Source of the DNA: a virus
Taxonomy: Duplodnaviria; Caudoviricetes
Reading direction: 5' to 3' (one strand)
Length of the DNA: 63,607 nucleotides
IMG/VR virus record: IMGVR_UViG_3300043172_000883
Coordinates: 1-63,607 of that record
Position 1 is the first letter of the stretch, and every line of letters starts with the position of its first letter. Below, piece after piece: positions 59,297 through 63,607 of this stretch. A program made the position numbers and the translations under genes. A model generated the notes under the pieces. It saw nothing but the letters and a program-made list of their open reading frames with translations. It was not told the origin of the DNA and made no database searches.

Positions 59297-61103
59297 GTAA
59301 ACGTAGACATATCCTGCATATTATTAAAGGGATCAATATGGAGAATTTTCAGTATTTGTTTGATTACAAAGAATGCGAGTATTGCGTATTTGAAGTGGAA
59401 GGAGCATTGTTCTGGACCAGGTGGTTGAGGATTAAACACTGGATTATGGGAGACTGGCAGCGATGAGTGTTAAGGATATGCCAGATACTGATGAGCTGCA
59501 GTCAAGCATCAAGGAATTACAAATTTTTATCAATACTATGTTTGGTGAAATATATGATTTGGCACATTCATTTGGTCCACTTGTAGTTATACGAAAAGGG
59601 ATGTTATTAGACGTGGAGGAGGATGGAAAGATAAATATCGGCGATGCCGCGAGATCGTTGTCCAAGCTGAGAAGTGATATAGCAGTGGAACTTTTGGTTT
59701 TCAAATCTGATTGGCAAGTCAAGTACAGGGAGTTATTTGCATGAGTGTTGATGAACATGTCGAGGCGTTATCAAGGATATTTGAGAAGCAAGAACGAAAG
59801 ATATCATCGCTTAGATCACAGAATAGTTTTCTTACGTGTTTAATGGGACTGCATATAGTTTTGTTCTGGCTGTACCAATGGAGTTTGCTAGAATGAGTGA
59901 ACTTGAAAGACCTAAAGTAATTCATCGATGTCCTAGGTGTAAGAGATACACAGCATACCAATACATCAATAAATATGGTAAAGCAAGTTATGTATGCGGT
60001 CAACCTAAACGCTGTTGGGAGCTTACCGAGAGAGACGCTAAGAGGAGAGTATAAAATGAGTGACTATTCAACTACAACTCCTAATACAGATAACCAATGT
60101 GTTCTAAAGCATGAGCATACAGGGGATCATATTCTATCAACAGAAATAGGAGAACACAAATGCACTGGAAAATTAGATTGTTGTTTTTGCAAAGGTTATT
60201 ACTTGTCAGAATTTGATAGATGTGGTGCAAGAAAAGTACTAATTGAAACGTGGTTAGATGCCACAAATACAGAGAGAGTGTTTAAATGAGTGAAGATTTA
60301 AGGAAATGGCTGGATGCTGTTGGTATTAAAACATTGGAAGAATCAATCAAGGAATACAAAGAAGAGGGGTTTGTGCAGGCATTGTTAATGACCTGTGAGA
60401 TGATCTCACAAGGCGAGATGGAAATCTGTAAAGAATCGAAAACAACCCTTGGCTACAATAATGTGTTTTGTAATTTAATTAAGGAGCATAAGGTGGACCA
60501 TGAGGCCGTTGTAAAATATTACAACAGTGATGGTGAATTGCTATCAGAATATAAGGTGGTATGGAAATAATGACTGTAGAAAAAGAAGAAAAAAGACAAT
60601 TAGAGCAATTTGAGAAGGAATTCGAGAAATTGATAGCCCATGATGTAGGTTTGGGCAAGGGTTATATTACGGCTGCAGAGAAGAATAATGCGATTTTGTT
60701 GATGTATCAATCATTAAAAGAAGGTGAACCAAATGCTTTGGGACGTTATACCCTCGATATGAATCCAGCCAGAAGGGATGTTTTGCTTAAGGTTCTGAAA
60801 CAGAGGATGAAGGAGCTGGTGAAATGAATAGGATTATTGGTGAAATGATTAAATCTATATGTAATGATTGCCGTCAAATTATTTGGGTGAGCAAATCACA
60901 AAAAAGTATTCATTTATGTACTGGATGTTCATATCAACGATATTTAGACAAAAAGGAGTTGGTGATGAAATGAAACAAGTAAAATGTACAAGTTGTGGGA
61001 CTGATATCGAGTCCCATTTTGTAGAAGGAACGGACGAACCTCACTTTTGTTCAGGAAAATGTTTTGATGAATGGTGTAACAAACAAAAAAAGGAGCTAGT
61101 GAA

Positions 61104-61574
61104 ATGAATATTAAAAATTATACAACTAAGGTTCCTGCATTTAGGACGATAGGTAGAATTGAAAAATATCTACTTGAGATGGGTGCTAGAAACATAACTA
61201 AGAATTATGATGAAAATGGAAGGGCTATAAAAATAAGATTCGGAGTGAATACTAAAACAGGGATGATTCAATTCCAACTCCCTTGTGAGATTCACAAGAT
61301 TTCAAACAGATTACAAGAGTTAAAATCGGATGGGAAAATCAAATCAATTTCATGGAAACTGGCTCGTAGTTCTACACATGCCTATAATCTGGGATGGAGA
61401 CTATTGCAAGACTGGATAGAAGTTCAGCTAACATTGATACAGATTGACCAGGTCAAGCTAGAGCAGATATTTTTGCCCTACGCTTACGATCCAAGAAGCG
61501 ATCGCACGTTCTTTGAGATGGTTGAGGAAGGGAATTACAAATTATTAACTGGAGAAAATAAGAATGAAATTTAA
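61104..61574 (+). CDS. Hypothetical viral protein
   Basis: NYTTKVP...GWRLLQDWIEVQL...QIFLPY; coupled ORF with RBS. Confidence 0.6.
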   Translation: MNIKNYTTKVPAFRTIGRIEKYLLEMGARNITKNYDENGRAIKIRFGVNTKTGMIQFQLPCEIHKISNRLQELKSDGKIKSISWKLARSSTHAYNLGWRLLQDWIEVQLTLIQIDQVKLEQIFLPYAYDPRSDRTFFEMVEEGNYKLLTGENKNEI

Positions 61575-61947
61575 TGATATTAGACGACTAACCCATAATT
61601 TCCCTATTATAACTAGAGGTAGCGACATATTTCTTATACCAGACGAGATAGCAAAAATAGTTTGGGAGGAATATAACAAGGAGTACCCAGGTCAATCATT
61701 TGAAACGATTAAAGAGCGTGGTGGATTTAGTCTACGAGAGATCATCTACTATCTTTACAGTAGGATTGATGGTATGGAGCTGAAGAAATGACCCCCCACG
61801 ATCTTGCCTATGAAGGCAAGCGGTGGTGTGGTTGGTGCGAAAAGCTCTGTTATACTTGGGTAGCTGAATTTGGTGGTAGGGTATGGAGAGAATGCCCCAA
61901 TAACCACAAACTAACAAAAGCATACAAAAAAAAGGAGGTTTACAAAA

Positions 61948-62475
61948 ATGAGTGAATGGGTTAAATGCTTGCGGTGTGGTAATGAATTCACACAAGAGAA
62001 TGAGGGCGACGAGGTGGAAGCATTCGAGGAATGTGATTTATTATGCTTAGTTTGCCAAGAAGAGCAAGCGAAAACAAAGGCCGAGCTTGAATTGATAGAT
62101 GAGCCAGGCGTGCTAGTCCGCTATGATAATCAGATGGAGGAACTTGTAAAATACGGATCCAGTAAACTGATTTTATTGATAGGACCGGATTCGAGGAGTA
62201 GTCCTTTTCCAACGGAGGAATTTAGAAGATTCAATGAAATCTATGGCAAACCTATCAGATATAATAATCAAGAAATCCAATATAAGAACGGAACGAGGAT
62301 GATTTACAATACCTATAAATCGGTTGTTGGCATACGTGGTGTTCATCCAGACATGATTGTAATTGTCAATGTATACCTGTTTGATGTGAAAGAGTGGTGG
62401 AAATTCTTGGATAGGGAAATAAAACCAATGATGACCTGGAATAAAGATATAGTGGTGAAATACTGGAGATGGTAG
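61948..62475 (+). CDS. Zn ribbon fused to a degenerate terminase-ATPase-like fragment
   Basis: CLRC...CLVC; EIQYKNGTRM...GIRGVHPDMIVIVN...IKPMM. Confidence 0.6.
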   Translation: MSEWVKCLRCGNEFTQENEGDEVEAFEECDLLCLVCQEEQAKTKAELELIDEPGVLVRYDNQMEELVKYGSSKLILLIGPDSRSSPFPTEEFRRFNEIYGKPIRYNNQEIQYKNGTRMIYNTYKSVVGIRGVHPDMIVIVNVYLFDVKEWWKFLDREIKPMMTWNKDIVVKYWRW

Positions 62476-62982
62476 AAGTGGCAAGTCAACGAGAAAAATA
62501 CGAAATGGAAAGAGGACAGTCGCTTATTGCGGATATATTCAATATATTGAAATTGGAAACTAAAATAATAGACAAATGGACCTTTGAACTGGATTCATTG
62601 TGGCAAACCCCCTACAATGTGGTTTTTACACTTAAAGGGCGAGCTCATCGTGATATAGGTTTATTACCTAATATTCTCACTGTGCTTGGAAAATTCGAAT
62701 TGAAAATTGATAATTATATGGCACTTAAATTTGAATGGCATGTGTCATTTTATGAGATAGAACGTTATTTGGAGACGGTAAAATGAATACAATTAGATTA
62801 GATATGAATACTGATAAAAAAGGGCATCGCGTACTAGACGGTGAATATATAGGCGAAACTGGGATTAAATTAACATCGGATAGTTTTGAACTGGTGTTGA
62901 TGAATTGTGAGGTTACAAGAATTAAAAACAAGTTAACCTACAAGAATAATTATTTTATTATTATAATTGAGGATGAAGAGAA

Positions 62983-63297
62983 ATGAGTTTGGAATTATTA
63001 AACACAAACAGATCAATGTTTCATCCCGTCAGAATGCTATTAACTCAAAATTTATATCATTTTGGATTAACTTCATTTAGTGATCTCAAAAAATTACTGG
63101 AAATATCTGATGGTAATCTTTCTAGCCACTTGAAGGCTTTAATAGACAATGATATTATTATCAGAAAGAAAGAGATAATTAATGATAAATTTGTAACACA
63201 GTATAAATTGAGTACAAATGGATTGTTTGAATATCGTGGTTTTATTAAGAGTTTAAAGACATTTGCAGGGAAATTACTAGGAGAAGTGATTGAATGA
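62983..63297 (+). CDS. ArsR/HTH_34-like winged-helix regulator
   Basis: HPVRM...SFSDLKKLLEISDGNLSSHLKAL...YKLSTNG. Confidence 0.85.
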   Translation: MSLELLNTNRSMFHPVRMLLTQNLYHFGLTSFSDLKKLLEISDGNLSSHLKALIDNDIIIRKKEIINDKFVTQYKLSTNGLFEYRGFIKSLKTFAGKLLGEVIE

Positions 63298-63593
63298 GTT
63301 ACGGGATAATAGATAAGCCAGATCTAGAGAATGTGATTACCGCATCTATTAACTGGAGTGAAATTATTACACTTCGACTAGATGAGCATATTATTGTTAG
63401 TAAAATAGCAGATGCGGTACTAGAATCAATAAAAGAGGTGAATACCAAGAGTGAGTTTGATGGTAATCCAGATATTGTCGATATTTGTCATCATCAAATG
63501 GTGGAGTTGTATTATGCAACTAATCGTGGTATCATGGAAAGTCCATTTGAGGCGTGTTTCAAATGTTGGAAATTAAGGAGAATTGAAGAATGA
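63294..63593 (+). CDS. Hypothetical protein
   Basis: Coupled ORF overlapping the terminal repeat. Confidence 0.6.
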   Translation: MSYGIIDKPDLENVITASINWSEIITLRLDEHIIVSKIADAVLESIKEVNTKSEFDGNPDIVDICHHQMVELYYATNRGIMESPFEACFKCWKLRRIEE

Positions 63594-63607
63594 CTAGACA
63601 AGACGAA
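63481..63607. repeat. Terminal direct repeat (copy 2)
   Basis: Identical to 1-127. Confidence 0.95.

Noticed and set aside
63481-63607. 127-bp repeat as a biological terminal repeat
   Set aside because: Length equals a typical assembly k-mer and it cuts through coding sequence; best read as circular overlap
1-63607. tRNA genes, integrase/att site, alternative genetic code
   Set aside because: No cloverleaf with T-loop consensus or recombinase motif noticed by eye; long genes are intact in the standard code and use all three stops

Overview
The window looks like a complete, circularly assembled (~63.48 kb) genome of an archaeal tailed virus (Caudoviricetes, siphovirus-like). Bases 1-127 recur exactly at 63481-63607. 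Archaeal signals include TATA-box promoters with leaderless ATGs ~25 nt downstream, GGTGA/GGAGG ribosome-binding sites, PIP-box-like C-termini, a TFB-like Zn ribbon and an MCM-like winged helix. Layout: many small + strand accessory ORFs (57.7 kb through the junction to 7.4 kb); a + strand morphogenesis block (7.4-35 kb: terminase, portal, protease/scaffold, HK97-type capsid, adaptor, tail tube, chaperone, tape measure, baseplate, fibres); and a - strand block (35.2-54.8 kb: regulators, annealing protein, Cas4-like nuclease, DNA-modification enzymes, SF3 helicase). A palindrome-rich divergent intergenic region lies at 54.8-55.7 kb. No integrase, DNA polymerase, primase, tRNA or canonical CRISPR array was recognised. 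The most unusual items are: (1) a ~1 kb non-coding unit (43.1-44.1 kb, - strand) with its own promoter and terminator, made of tandem hairpins separated by a recurring UUACA(G/A)UA motif; (2) small accessory ORFs that encode fragments of virion hallmark proteins (clearest for capsid and terminase), possibly immune decoys; (3) a portal polyprotein carrying ParB-like and SprT-like protease cargo; (4) a DNA-modification set (DpdA/TGT-like, B12 radical SAM, two MTases) with C-terminal PIP-like motifs; (5) strong GGATCC over-representation. All assignments come from reading motifs by eye; no searches were run.
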